Positions 36,870-46,767 of a stretch of 64,000 nucleotides of DNA are shown here, in pieces. The number at the start of each line of letters is the position of its first letter. Positions within the stretch are counted from its first letter, which is position 1. The position numbers and the translations under genes were made by a program. Below the pieces are notes generated by a model that was given only the letters and a program-made list of their open reading frames with translations, was not told the DNA's origin and ran no database searches. Location of the stretch: IMG/VR virus record IMGVR_UViG_3300045015_000053, one strand, 5' to 3'. Source of the stretch: a virus (taxonomy: Duplodnaviria; Caudoviricetes).

Positions 36870-38945
36870 ATGGCAGACATCGATCAAGTAGACGACACTG
36901 GTAGCGAAGAAGCGGTGGGAAGTCCGACTTTGGGCTTTCTTTACATCGGCGGCGGCACCATCTACGTCGGTAGCATTGGTAGTAACGTACCAAGCAACCG
37001 ACTGGATTTTCCGCTGGAGCTTTCTTGGTCCGTTAACAAGACGATCTCCTCCAAGCTCAGTTTCGAGTGGTCGGTAGGGGAACAGCCGAACTATTGGTTC
37101 CGTGTCGTCGGCGATTGCCAGCAGACCGACCAGTGCAGTTCTTCGATGCCGATCAGCACCCCTCAGCGTTGCATGCAGGGGTCTTACTTCATGACGATGG
37201 TGTTGGCGACATCCCCACAAGACGTGTGCCGTCAGCTTTCCAAGAGCAATTTCGTTTGGCGTATCACGGAGATGGGGCGGTTTTCCACCCCTGCGAACGC
37301 CGAAACAGCAAGGGCGATGGCAGACGCGGGGTTGATCGACCTCAACTGTAACACCCTGATTCCGGTTCCGTTCTCGCAGTTCGCCGACTGCTTGCAATTC
37401 AACTTGTCGGGCGACGAAGTCGTCGCTGTCGGCGGTTACATGAAGGTGTACGACACCTTCTTCAGCTACGAAGGCACGGGCGGTTTCGCGATCTCAGGAT
37501 CGGCCGAAAGCCCAGACCCGAACGAACTGGAAGGGAGCGGCGGGTTCCACCTCGGCGGCGGCGCGACCTACACGTCTACTCAGTTCAACTACGTTGGAAG
37601 TGGCGGATTCCACATCGGCGGCGGTGCGTCGAATACGAGCAGTCAGTTCAACGTTTCCGGCAGCGGCGGGATTCACGTCGGCGGCAGTGCGGACGTTACT
37701 TCTACGCAGTTCGATGCGGAAGGCGAAGGCGGATTCCATCTAGGCGGCAGTGCCGAATCCGTAGTCAGGTTGTCGTTCACTTCGAGCGGGTACGGAATTT
37801 TCGGCCCCACTTTTGCGGGCGTCCAGTTGAAGGGTTCTGCGGCCGTCGCCGCACAATACTACTTCAGCTACGAAGGGACGGGCGGGTTCCACATCGGCGG
37901 GTCCGGTGTCGGCGCGAGCAGTCAATTCAACGCAGAGGGCAGCGGCGGGTTCCACATCGGCGGTGAAGTTTTGACGACTTCCCCCGATTACAACCCCGAA
38001 GGTAGTGGCGGGTTTGAACTCGGCGGCGGTGCCGAGTCGTCTTTCAGTCTGGAGGCGTCCGGCAGCGGCGGCGCTCACCTGGGCGGCAGTGCGTTGACTT
38101 CTTTGAAGTTGCCGGCGGTTGGTAGTGGCGGGTTCCACATCGGCGGCGGCGGGTTGGGCAACAGGTTCTTCGGTAGCGGCGGCTTCCACTTGGGCGGCAG
38201 TGCCGTTGTCGATTCGACTTGGAAGGGCGAGTACATTGACGAGGCCGGTTGGGACGCCGTTTGTTTGGATCTTTCTCCGAACTTCGGTGCGGGGACGCCG
38301 ACCCTTTATGTTCCGACCGTATCGACCGTGAATGTTTGCGGTGCGAGGGGCATACCCACTAGCTTGCAAGTGGTTCAGAATTTCTCCGGGTCGAAGTTGC
38401 TGGACAACTTCCTGACCCGCAACGGACTGACCTTCCCGAACATTTTGAAGATCAGCTATCGCCGGTCCAGTGGGACTTGGCACGGCACATACCAGTACCG
38501 TGGTGCGGCCAACGACGTTTCGCGCGAGCGGTGGAACTTCTTCGTGGAGTTCGGTTGTGTGTCGGACGCCTACGGCCTTTCGGTTTCGCCGGTTTGGAAG
38601 TTCGACTTCAACGTGACGCGGGTCAACGAGCAGAGCGGACTCAGCTTCGACACGCGGATCTTGTCGTATTTCAATACCGAACCGCTGTCTGGCTACTTTA
38701 ACAAGAATGGCGTGGACCTGAACCTGGGATTGAATCCGAAGACGAAGGTCTTGAACATCATTTCCTCGAACGCGGTTCTCCAAGAGGTGACGCTGTTCGA
38801 CGGCATCGGACTTTTCTCGCCGGCCGCGTGGGGAACGAAGGACTTCCAGTACCGCGTACAACTGGTCGGCACCTTCAGTCAGTCGCCGAGCTACGACATC
38901 TTCCCGGTCTTCCCGAAACCGGAGGAGTACGCAGTAACAGTTTGA
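36870..38945 (+). CDS. Gly-rich repeat virion protein
   Basis: TAAATA 36859-36864 plus 5 nt; about 11 GSGGFHLGGSA-type units. Confidence 0.65.
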   Translation: MADIDQVDDTGSEEAVGSPTLGFLYIGGGTIYVGSIGSNVPSNRLDFPLELSWSVNKTISSKLSFEWSVGEQPNYWFRVVGDCQQTDQCSSSMPISTPQRCMQGSYFMTMVLATSPQDVCRQLSKSNFVWRITEMGRFSTPANAETARAMADAGLIDLNCNTLIPVPFSQFADCLQFNLSGDEVVAVGGYMKVYDTFFSYEGTGGFAISGSAESPDPNELEGSGGFHLGGGATYTSTQFNYVGSGGFHIGGGASNTSSQFNVSGSGGIHVGGSADVTSTQFDAEGEGGFHLGGSAESVVRLSFTSSGYGIFGPTFAGVQLKGSAAVAAQYYFSYEGTGGFHIGGSGVGASSQFNAEGSGGFHIGGEVLTTSPDYNPEGSGGFELGGGAESSFSLEASGSGGAHLGGSALTSLKLPAVGSGGFHIGGGGLGNRFFGSGGFHLGGSAVVDSTWKGEYIDEAGWDAVCLDLSPNFGAGTPTLYVPTVSTVNVCGARGIPTSLQVVQNFSGSKLLDNFLTRNGLTFPNILKISYRRSSGTWHGTYQYRGAANDVSRERWNFFVEFGCVSDAYGLSVSPVWKFDFNVTRVNEQSGLSFDTRILSYFNTEPLSGYFNKNGVDLNLGLNPKTKVLNIISSNAVLQEVTLFDGIGLFSPAAWGTKDFQYRVQLVGTFSQSPSYDIFPVFPKPEEYAVTV
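37461..38210 (+). repeat. intragenic degenerate tandem repeats of about 20 aa
   Basis: xEG[ST]GGF[HE][LI]GG[SG]A repeated about 11 times; approximate bounds. Confidence 0.8.
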
Positions 38946-38968
38946 AAACCATGAATTTGGAGGAATGA

Positions 38969-39565
38969 ATGATTGAAACGCTTGCAACCACACTGATCGT
39001 CATCTTCTGTGTGTTGATCTTCTTGGCCCAGTCAGCGGGCATAGCCAGTTTCTTTTTCTTGCTCTCGCAGAACCGCAAGTTGGCGGCTGCGAACGCCCAG
39101 TTGTTGGCCGACGCTGTACAACGCGATGCGAATCACAAAAAGGTCGAAGACTTGTTCAAGGAACTGGTCGAATTGACCTCGAAGGGGGTCAACGCTCACG
39201 CGGCAGTTACGGATCAACAGAAGAAGATCGAGGACTCGTTGAAAGAGGTGGTCAACGGTCAGTTCCAACTCGCGAACCTCACGACCGAGGGCATCAAGGC
39301 CACCACTGAGTACGTCGGCAAGACCTCGAAGGCGATGACGGACAGCGTCTTCGACTTGATCGAGAAGAACACCGACGACGTGTTGAAGCTGAACACCGAA
39401 AACGCCCAGAAGGTGTACGACTCGCTCTACGTCAACATCCAGATGATGAACTCTCTGATGAGTGCGATGGGTTACCGGCCGACCGGACCCGTCGAACCCG
39501 GCCTACAAGACCCGAAGCGGGGACAGAACTATTCCGCGCCACCGGCCCCATCCGAGGGCTTCTAA
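38969..39565 (+). CDS. membrane-anchored coiled-coil protein
   Basis: N-terminal hydrophobic helix followed by heptad-rich helix; GGAGG RBS. Confidence 0.65.
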   Translation: MIETLATTLIVIFCVLIFLAQSAGIASFFFLLSQNRKLAAANAQLLADAVQRDANHKKVEDLFKELVELTSKGVNAHAAVTDQQKKIEDSLKEVVNGQFQLANLTTEGIKATTEYVGKTSKAMTDSVFDLIEKNTDDVLKLNTENAQKVYDSLYVNIQMMNSLMSAMGYRPTGPVEPGLQDPKRGQNYSAPPAPSEGF

Positions 39566-39598
39566 CTCCCTAAAATGAAGATATGGCGGGGGTTAACG

Positions 39599-40558
39599 AT
39601 GAACTACAAGAGCTTCACCAGCCGTAGGGCTTTCGGCATCGAGCTTGAGACATCTCAGACGTTGTCGCAGAGCAAGATCAAAAAACTGATTACCGAGAAG
39701 CACCACCGGCCGGTGACGGTCAAGGAGTTCATGCACTCCAAAAACAACCGCAACTGGCACGTTAAAACCGACGCCAGTTGCGGCGGTCCTGGGGAGAGCT
39801 ATGGCCTCGAAGTGGCGAGCTACAAGGGGTCGGGCGTCGAAGACATGATCTCGATTGCAGACACGGCCCAACACCTTCGAGACAACGGTCTAAAGGTGAA
39901 CCGGAACTGCGGCCTGCACGTCCACGCCGATGTCAGCGATTTCACAACTCAGCACGTCGGATTTTTGTTGGCGCGGTGGATCGCCATAGAGCCGTGGATC
40001 TTAAACGCGGTTCCGATCCGTCGCAGTTTCAGCGTTTACTGTCGCGGCCTGCGATACGTTCGGCCGCTCAAGGACAAGATCTACACCGCAAACGAGCTTT
40101 GGGAACACTTCAAACCCGACAACCCCGCCTACACCAACGGCTTGTTCGGGTTGGAACTTCAAATGCCGCAGGACTACCGCCGGGTCGCTTTGAACTTGGT
40201 CAACTTCAACGACGAACACCTGAAGGCGCGTAAAAAGCGGTGTACGGTCGAGCTTCGGTTGCCGGAAGGAACGCTGCGGCGGGTTGATGTGAAAAACTGG
40301 CCCCGGTTCTTCGTCAATTTGGTTGACGCCGCGTTCCGAGACAAGAAGACCGTTCCGTTGACCGCCGAAACACTTGACGAGTTTTTTGACGCCTGTGGGG
40401 TCGGTCACGAGGGCGATTTTTCCATCCTCAGTCCGGGCCTTCGGGAGACTAAACTCTGGCTCCTGCACCGTTTGCGAAAGTACCACTTCAAGCTCGATTC
40501 TAAGGCCATTGACGATTACATCCATCGGATGACTTGGCCCGAAAAACTGGCCTTCTGA
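39599..40558 (+). CDS. putative amidoligase (COOH-NH2 ligase family)
   Basis: FGIELE, W....DAS, LEVAS, CGLHVH, TVELRLPEGT. Confidence 0.8.
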   Translation: MNYKSFTSRRAFGIELETSQTLSQSKIKKLITEKHHRPVTVKEFMHSKNNRNWHVKTDASCGGPGESYGLEVASYKGSGVEDMISIADTAQHLRDNGLKVNRNCGLHVHADVSDFTTQHVGFLLARWIAIEPWILNAVPIRRSFSVYCRGLRYVRPLKDKIYTANELWEHFKPDNPAYTNGLFGLELQMPQDYRRVALNLVNFNDEHLKARKKRCTVELRLPEGTLRRVDVKNWPRFFVNLVDAAFRDKKTVPLTAETLDEFFDACGVGHEGDFSILSPGLRETKLWLLHRLRKYHFKLDSKAIDDYIHRMTWPEKLAF

Positions 40559-40709
40559 ACTCGTATATAATTGACTTGACCGGGTTGACGAATTGTGTCA
40601 TCTTGGTCACCAGACGAGTTTCTGCAAGTTGATTTAGGTCAACCGCAGTTTCTCGGCCTTACTACCGACTACTACCGACAAGTACCGAACACTAACCCGA
40701 AGGACCACC

Positions 40710-41216
40710 GTGAATACTACCGTATCCACCAACGACCAACTTGTGACCGACCACATCCGTTTCGCCGATTCCATTGCGGCCCGGCGTAAGCGGAGAATCC
40801 CGCCCTGCGTCTCGCTCGAAGAACTCCAGTCTGCGGCCTACATGGGGCTGGTGGACGCATCGAAGCGGTACGACGGGCAGCAGGCGTTCAAGACGTTCGC
40901 CGGGCCGAGGATCGAGGGAGCGATCACCGATTACCTCCGCGAACTGCGTTGGGGCAGCCGCCGCTCGCCGGTGAAGACCCAAGCCGTTGGCGAAAGCGAC
41001 CGCAGCAACGAAACGGAAGTGAACGATCTGTTCGAGGTTGCCGGCCGTTTGGCAAACGACAACACCAGAGAGATTCTGAAGTGGCACTTTGTCGAGGGGC
41101 AGACGCAGAGCGAGATCGCGTCGAGGCTTGGGAAGACCCGTTCTTCCGTCAACCAGACGATTCAGAACTTTGCAAAAGAGGCGCGGTCGCGTTGGACGCA
41201 GGAACGCCTCTGTTGA
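40710..41216 (+). CDS. sigma70-family sigma factor (FliA/WhiG-like regions 2 and 4)
   Basis: EELQSAAYMGLVDASKRYD..AFKTFA..RIEGAITDYLR; HFVEGQTQSEIASRLG.TRSSV. Confidence 0.85.
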   Translation: MNTTVSTNDQLVTDHIRFADSIAARRKRRIPPCVSLEELQSAAYMGLVDASKRYDGQQAFKTFAGPRIEGAITDYLRELRWGSRRSPVKTQAVGESDRSNETEVNDLFEVAGRLANDNTREILKWHFVEGQTQSEIASRLGKTRSSVNQTIQNFAKEARSRWTQERLC

Positions 41217-41226
41217 GGGCCGAACA

Positions 41227-41460
41227 ATGACGGCGAAGGCGCGAGAAGATTGGCGTGCGAACGTCAAGACTATGGACGGCCTTCGCCGTCGTTATTCCCA
41301 CCTGCACCCGTTGATCCTTCAGCGGACCATCGAACGTGCGGAGTCGGCCGGCGAGGTGTTCGACATTCTCGAAGCCATGCCGCTGGCGTATCCCGTGGTG
41401 TGGGACTCAGAGACACGCAGGTGGGTCGAGCCGCCTGACATCTGGTTGGAAAACAAATGA
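41227..41460 (+). CDS. small hypothetical protein
   Basis: GAGG RBS; ATGA overlap with the next gene. Confidence 0.6.
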   Translation: MTAKAREDWRANVKTMDGLRRRYSHLHPLILQRTIERAESAGEVFDILEAMPLAYPVVWDSETRRWVEPPDIWLENK

Positions 41461-42074
41461 AGTTGTACGAAAAATTCCTCTCTCGATTGGGCCTCGATCT
41501 GCCCGTCATCGAACACTCTTCCAATTGGTCGTTCTTGTTTCGGACCTACGGTGACGGGTGGCTGACACCCTTCATCACCATGAAGGTCGATTGGGTCTGC
41601 CCCGAAAACCGCGTCGGCTACTACCAACTGCTTTTCCACCAGCCCATTCACGACGGCTACTCCATCCGCCGCTTCTTCGAGGAGTACAAGCAGCTTCGTT
41701 TGACTTGGGACGAGTACGACACCTTCTTCGAGAACTGGGAGGTTCGTCGCTACATCAAGCCGGGAATGCAAGAAAGTCTCGAACCCGTTTACGGCGACGA
41801 TCTCGTCCTCCGCGCCTGGGAGGTGTTCGTCTACACTCACGACAGTTGGATCGCGAAGCAGCCGTCCGAGTTTCGGATGTACGTCGAGAACGTCATTGAC
41901 GACACCAAGTCAAAAGACCAGCGACTGGCCGCGTACCAGAACGCTTTGATTTTCATGTCGAACTGCGAGCCGTCTGCTTTAAGGGTCTGGAAGAACGAAA
42001 TCTTTGAACGGTGGAATAATAACTACGCTCACTGGTTGGGTAAGTTCCTGACCCCCGAAGGAAAGAAAGCATGA
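41457..42074 (+). CDS. aromatic-rich hypothetical protein
   Basis: ATGA-coupled ORF. Confidence 0.65.
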   Translation: MKLYEKFLSRLGLDLPVIEHSSNWSFLFRTYGDGWLTPFITMKVDWVCPENRVGYYQLLFHQPIHDGYSIRRFFEEYKQLRLTWDEYDTFFENWEVRRYIKPGMQESLEPVYGDDLVLRAWEVFVYTHDSWIAKQPSEFRMYVENVIDDTKSKDQRLAAYQNALIFMSNCEPSALRVWKNEIFERWNNNYAHWLGKFLTPEGKKA

Positions 42075-42439
42075 AAAGAAAAATGTCAGTCTGCAAGATC
42101 TGGATGATCGGATCTCCCGCTTTGGTGTTGGGCATCGCCCACTACTCCGAAGACGACCCGAACGACGCATATTGGACGAAGTTCCAGTTGTTCACTGGGG
42201 AAGAGTATCTCGAATCCGCAGATCCCGGTTTGAAGAATTACGCCGCGAAGAACGTCAAGTACCACGGCGACACGATAATCCTTGTCGGCAAGCAACTTCA
42301 AGTTTTGAAGAAGGTCCACGACTTCGATCTGGGCGAGGCACCTTCCGTCGAAATCACCAAAGAGGAGGCCGACCTCTTGCACAAGGAACTGGCCGTAGAC
42401 GGCTGGCAGGATTTCGACTGGGAAACTTGGGGCAAATGA
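42071..42439 (+). CDS. hypothetical protein
   Basis: ATGA-coupled ORF. Confidence 0.6.
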   Translation: MKRKMSVCKIWMIGSPALVLGIAHYSEDDPNDAYWTKFQLFTGEEYLESADPGLKNYAAKNVKYHGDTIILVGKQLQVLKKVHDFDLGEAPSVEITKEEADLLHKELAVDGWQDFDWETWGK

Positions 42440-42463
42440 CCTTCCGCCTTTAACTGGAGCAGT

Positions 42464-43114
42464 ATGGGTGCGACTTTTGGCGATCAAAAGTCCGTCCTGA
42501 TCGTTGACGAAAACCCCGAACCCGGTCGGTTCGCGTTGTACGCGGACCCGCCGAAGCAGCCCTCTTGGGAGAAGTGTCGGGAGAAGTTCGCGGCGATGAT
42601 CAAACCGGAGACGCCGGGTTTCTTGTTCAGTCACAGCCCGACTCAGGGGACGCATGTCGCGGGATTTCTTTCTAAGTCCGAAGACATACTTGATCTGAAT
42701 CTACGAAGTGTGTATTCTTTGACCGACCGGGAGAACGTCCTGTGGGTCGAGCCGGCACGTTTTTGGATGGACTGCTGGATTCGTCGCTCGCTGCTCACCA
42801 TCCTGCTGCGGTGCGGGATGTACTACGACTGCGGCAGCGACAACTACGAGGATGCGTTGTTTGGCAAGGGCGATGAAAAGGATCAAGCCCGTGAGTACAC
42901 TAACCGGACGAAACCGGCTGTGATGCGGTTCATGTTCGGGTTCACCAAGTTTGTGATGCCCGAAGGGATGTCCGAGCCGACCGGCGTAGTCCAGTCAAAA
43001 ATCTGGGTGGACGTTTTCAACAGCAAGACGACGCAGGAACTGAAATCGATTCTGGTGGCCGAAACACCCATGCCCTGTTTCGGCCGACTCGGAGCAGACG
43101 CAATCTGGGCATAG
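42464..43114 (+). CDS. hypothetical protein, paralog of 13462..14001
   Basis: GGAG RBS; shared motifs. Confidence 0.7.
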   Translation: MGATFGDQKSVLIVDENPEPGRFALYADPPKQPSWEKCREKFAAMIKPETPGFLFSHSPTQGTHVAGFLSKSEDILDLNLRSVYSLTDRENVLWVEPARFWMDCWIRRSLLTILLRCGMYYDCGSDNYEDALFGKGDEKDQAREYTNRTKPAVMRFMFGFTKFVMPEGMSEPTGVVQSKIWVDVFNSKTTQELKSILVAETPMPCFGRLGADAIWA

Positions 43115-43123
43115 GAGACAAAT

Positions 43124-43441
43124 ATGCTGAACCTCACCGATGAAACTTTCAAGGCCGAACTCGCGAAGCCGGGTGTTCTGGTGGTCGATTTCTGGGCCGT
43201 CTGGTGTCCCCCGTGCCGCGCCATGTCACCCGTTCTCGACAAGGTAGCCGCCGCGTTCCCGAACGTGACCTTTGCGAAGGTCAACGCCCCGGAGAACAGT
43301 GAACTATCGACCGAGTATCAGATCCAGACCATCCCGGCGTTCTTGATTTTCAAAGACGGCAAGCTGGTACACCGCTGGAGCGGTTCGTGCAGTGCCGAGC
43401 AGTTCGGACAGATTTTGAAGGACCACGGTGTAACCGGCTGA
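43124..43441 (+). CDS. trxA: thioredoxin
   Basis: VVDFWAVWCPPCR, IQTIPAFLIFKDG. Confidence 0.93.
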   Translation: MLNLTDETFKAELAKPGVLVVDFWAVWCPPCRAMSPVLDKVAAAFPNVTFAKVNAPENSELSTEYQIQTIPAFLIFKDGKLVHRWSGSCSAEQFGQILKDHGVTG

Positions 43442-43504
43442 ACAAACCGGGGAATTTTGTCTATAGTGACCCTGTTCCAGACATTCCCCAGTTACGAGAC
43501 AGCC

Positions 43505-43888
43505 ATGAATACGCCTGCAATGCAGTTCAAAGACGCCGACGCCGCGAAGAAGTGGGAAGAGGGTTTGAGCAAGAACACCGACTCCTACGGTCGCGGCGTG
43601 TACACCTACGCATCGCGGTGGGCGCTGCTGATGGAGCAGAAGCTTGCCGAGGGCAAGAAACTTCAAGAGGTCGCCGAGAAGACCTCGCACGAGGCCGATA
43701 CGGAAGGCATCACCGGGTACATGTACGGGTGCGCCGTGGGCATCCTCGCGACCGTGTGGGTCCACGGCGAAATGCTTCGCCGGTGGCACAACAAGGAAAT
43801 CCAAATCGGGACCGAGGGCGATGAGGCCAACGAGAAGCCCGGAGCCGTTCTCAGCCCGGCCCTGCTCGGCGTCTCCCAGAGCAACTAA
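43505..43888 (+). CDS. hypothetical protein
   Basis: ORF. Confidence 0.6.
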   Translation: MNTPAMQFKDADAAKKWEEGLSKNTDSYGRGVYTYASRWALLMEQKLAEGKKLQEVAEKTSHEADTEGITGYMYGCAVGILATVWVHGEMLRRWHNKEIQIGTEGDEANEKPGAVLSPALLGVSQSN

Positions 43889-43917
43889 GAAACCGGCATC
43901 CAACAGAGGACCGAACA

Positions 43918-44748
43918 GTGAGTTCCCCCAACGTGTTCTTTACGTCCGATACGCACTTCGGACACGACAATATCATGAAGTATTGTCGGCGCGACAAGTT
44001 CATGACGGCCGAAGAAGTTCAGATGCTCGACGCTTCCGACCGGGGCGAGATCGACCAGCGGAAGGTCCGCATCAGTCCGGCGAGCATCGACCGGATGAAC
44101 ACCGCGATGATCGACAACATCAACGCGGTTGTCAAGCCCAACGACGTGCTGTGGCACTTGGGGGACGTGTTCTGGGGTCACAACAACTTCGACTTCGCGA
44201 AGTCGATCCGCGACCGGATCAACTGCAAGACGATCCACCACGTCTGGGGCAACCACGACGAACCGGAGATCGTGTCGCTGTTCGCGTCCTCGCAACACTA
44301 TGCCGAGGTGGTGGTCGAACACCAGAAGATCTTCATGTGCCACTACCCGATGCGGGCGTGGGACAAGAGCCACAAGGGTTCGTGGCAACTCTACGGCCAC
44401 GTCCACGGCGGCAAGTGGGACGAAGACAAGTACGGTCTGGAAGCCAAAACTCGTTCGGCTCTCGAAGGTCGCTTCCGTGGGACTATCGACAAGTTTTACA
44501 AGGAAATGGGCCTGAACGTCAGTAGTGCGGTCGATTCGTGGGTGGGCGATCTCGCCCGGCTACTGTCGCAAGACGTGGCCGACGAGAACTGCCACATGCT
44601 GACGCTGGACGCGGGTGTCGATACGCACGACTATCGGCCGTGGAGCATGGACGAACTCCGCGCCGAACTCAAGCCGAAGCTGGAAGCGGCTCGGTTGCGT
44701 CGTGAAGCTGAAAAGGCCGCGATCCCGGCCGGTTCCCGCAAAGCCTGA
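43918..44748 (+). CDS. calcineurin-like metallophosphoesterase
   Basis: SDTHFGH, LGDV, GNHD, CHYP, GHVH. Confidence 0.88.
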   Translation: MSSPNVFFTSDTHFGHDNIMKYCRRDKFMTAEEVQMLDASDRGEIDQRKVRISPASIDRMNTAMIDNINAVVKPNDVLWHLGDVFWGHNNFDFAKSIRDRINCKTIHHVWGNHDEPEIVSLFASSQHYAEVVVEHQKIFMCHYPMRAWDKSHKGSWQLYGHVHGGKWDEDKYGLEAKTRSALEGRFRGTIDKFYKEMGLNVSSAVDSWVGDLARLLSQDVADENCHMLTLDAGVDTHDYRPWSMDELRAELKPKLEAARLRREAEKAAIPAGSRKA

Positions 44749-44769
44749 TCTTGTTCCCAGAGACGAGCC

Positions 44770-45210
44770 ATGCAACGGACGAGAATGACTTTCGCTCAGT
44801 TTGACGAACAGTTCATCGTAAAAGGTGGACTGTTCCTCGCCGTCCACTCGAAACTCGCAACCAACTGCAACGGCGACCGCGTCAAAATCTTCGAGATCGA
44901 TTTGATCTGCGAATGGCACGGCACAGACAAGCTCCGCTACTTCGCCGTCGAGTTCGACACCGAGAAGCAATACGACCGCATCGTAGTATACCTGAAACTC
45001 TGCGCCGACCTCCTTCGGGATTCGGTCCTTTCCAGCATCGATACGCTCGATGAGTTCGAGGCTGCCGGCCCGCGTACCGAAACACACGCATGCCTCGTTT
45101 GTGCGGGGCGGGGTCTGGTTTGGGAACGCATGGTAATTTCGGGGGTTGAAAGCAACGCTAGTTACTGCCCCAATTGCAGTGGCGCAGGCAAGACCACTCA
45201 CCCGGTGTAA
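44770..45210 (+). CDS. hypothetical protein, tandem paralog A (C-terminal CxxC...CxxC)
   Basis: Shares G.RV...D.ICEW...FDTE......YL...A.LL with the next gene. Confidence 0.65.
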   Translation: MQRTRMTFAQFDEQFIVKGGLFLAVHSKLATNCNGDRVKIFEIDLICEWHGTDKLRYFAVEFDTEKQYDRIVVYLKLCADLLRDSVLSSIDTLDEFEAAGPRTETHACLVCAGRGLVWERMVISGVESNASYCPNCSGAGKTTHPV

Positions 45211-45211
45211 A

Positions 45212-45652
45212 ATGAAACGCGACCGCATTGACTTCGCCACGTTCAAGGCGAATTTCATCGACCACCCGGACGGCTACTTCTCGGTCTATTCCAATCTGGA
45301 AGAGGACTACGAGGGGAACCGTGTCAGGTTACTGTTGCTCGACATGATCTGCGAGTGGCGGCTCGATGACGGGTGCATCAAGTTTGTCGAGGTGCCTTTC
45401 GACACCGAGGAAGAGTTTAAGCAACTCATCGCGTACCTCCGCGTTACCGCCGGTCTGCTCAATGCCGCGATTTTGGAGCGGATCGGCGAACTGTCCTATA
45501 CTGAGAGCAGACCCGAATCGGAGGCCGTTCCTTTCCCTCCGAGCAGTCTCCCGAAACTGTCCGACGAGAAGCTGGAACAGATCAGGAAACAGGTGGTCAG
45601 CTACGAGCTTTCGCTGCTCGCGGACGCTCTGCGTGAACAACGGGGAGAATGA
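45212..45652 (+). CDS. hypothetical protein, tandem paralog B
   Basis: As for paralog A. Confidence 0.65.
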   Translation: MKRDRIDFATFKANFIDHPDGYFSVYSNLEEDYEGNRVRLLLLDMICEWRLDDGCIKFVEVPFDTEEEFKQLIAYLRVTAGLLNAAILERIGELSYTESRPESEAVPFPPSSLPKLSDEKLEQIRKQVVSYELSLLADALREQRGE

Positions 45653-45653
45653 C

Positions 45654-46097
45654 ATGTTCGGTTTGTTCGGCTGGCTGTTCGGTCGGAGTTCCAACAAGGG
45701 GAAATCGCCCAAGAAGCCCGTCGAACCCGAACGGCTTCGATTCGTCAAAGCTCTTTGCGAGCGTAATCCAGAGGTCAACAAGTCCCCCGGCCAGTGGTCG
45801 TTGGGTTACATGTACACCTTCTGCATGATTTTCCCTGACGGCATCAAGATTGAAGTCGAATACAACATCGTGCGGCGCGAGTGGGACATGGAAATCTGGA
45901 GTGCCAACGCCGGCACCTTCCTGTACTACTACGACTGCCTCGACCGCAAGCCTTACGAAACCATCGACTACTTGATTGATCGTTTCGGCTTGCAGGCCAA
46001 GCTGAACAGGGCCATCGCAGAGAAGAAAGCCCGCGAAAGCAAGAAGAATGATCAAGTCGCCAAAATCAAGGCGAAATACCTCGGAGATCAGTCGTGA
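45654..46097 (+). CDS. hypothetical protein
   Basis: GGAG RBS. Confidence 0.6.
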   Translation: MFGLFGWLFGRSSNKGKSPKKPVEPERLRFVKALCERNPEVNKSPGQWSLGYMYTFCMIFPDGIKIEVEYNIVRREWDMEIWSANAGTFLYYYDCLDRKPYETIDYLIDRFGLQAKLNRAIAEKKARESKKNDQVAKIKAKYLGDQS

Positions 46098-46432
46098 CTC
46101 GTGACATTGAAGACAAGGCGACAGAACGCGCCAGAAAAGTCGATACCACTCTGTTGCCGTTCAAGTCCTCGGCGACGGACTGGCTGACGTGGATCAACGA
46201 CGCCGGACAGTGGATGTTCATCGAGAAGGCGGTCGTAGCCGCCGCCGCAACCCACTACGGTTACGAGTTCGACGCCGCGTTCAAGTGGGTGGGACAGACC
46301 ATTCTCGACTGGTTGCAGAAACCGGAGAACGCCATCAGGCCGCGTGAGATCTGGAACTTCAACTTCCGTGGTGGGTTCAGTGTGAAGTTCGGCGCGTTCC
46401 AGAACCAGTGTTTTGTGTTCATGCCGCGATAG
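46094..46432 (+). CDS. hypothetical protein
   Basis: GTGA overlap. Confidence 0.55.
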   Translation: MTRDIEDKATERARKVDTTLLPFKSSATDWLTWINDAGQWMFIEKAVVAAAATHYGYEFDAAFKWVGQTILDWLQKPENAIRPREIWNFNFRGGFSVKFGAFQNQCFVFMPR

Positions 46433-46434
46433 CG

Positions 46435-46464
46435 AAGAAGCCCCGGAGATCTCCGGGGCTTCTT
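46435..46464. terminator. 30-bp perfect palindrome between convergent genes
   Basis: AAGAAGCCCCGGAGA/TCTCCGGGGCTTCTT. Confidence 0.8.
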
Positions 46465-46467
46465 GCT

Positions 46468-46767
46468 TTAGAACGTCAGTTCCGAGGCCGCGAACGACAA
46501 GAGCATGCCGTTGTCGAGTGCGACGAGCCAGTTCGGAACCGAAACTCTGGCCTCCGACACTTTCTTGACTTTCTCTTTGCCGTACTGGTTTTTCTTGTCG
46601 AGCTTCACTTTGAACTCGTGGATGTACGGATAGGTGTATGGCCCGGCCAACACCGTACCCATCAAGTCCTGAAGTGCGCCCCCAACGGAATTGACTTTGA
46701 CCCGCTTGCCCTCGTCGTTTCGTCCCTGGACGAGTGTGGCATCATCGGACAGTTTGGGATGGAGCAT
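46468..46767 (-). CDS. hypothetical protein
   Basis: ORF converging on the terminator. Confidence 0.6.
   Translation of the reverse strand: MLHPKLSDDATLVQGRNDEGKRVKVNSVGGALQDLMGTVLAGPYTYPYIHEFKVKLDKKNQYGKEKVKKVSEARVSVPNWLVALDNGMLLSFAASELTF

Noticed and set aside
40564-40569. TATATA as a late promoter for the sigma gene
   Set aside because: 140 nt from the start with no adjacent ATG; counted as an exception or background
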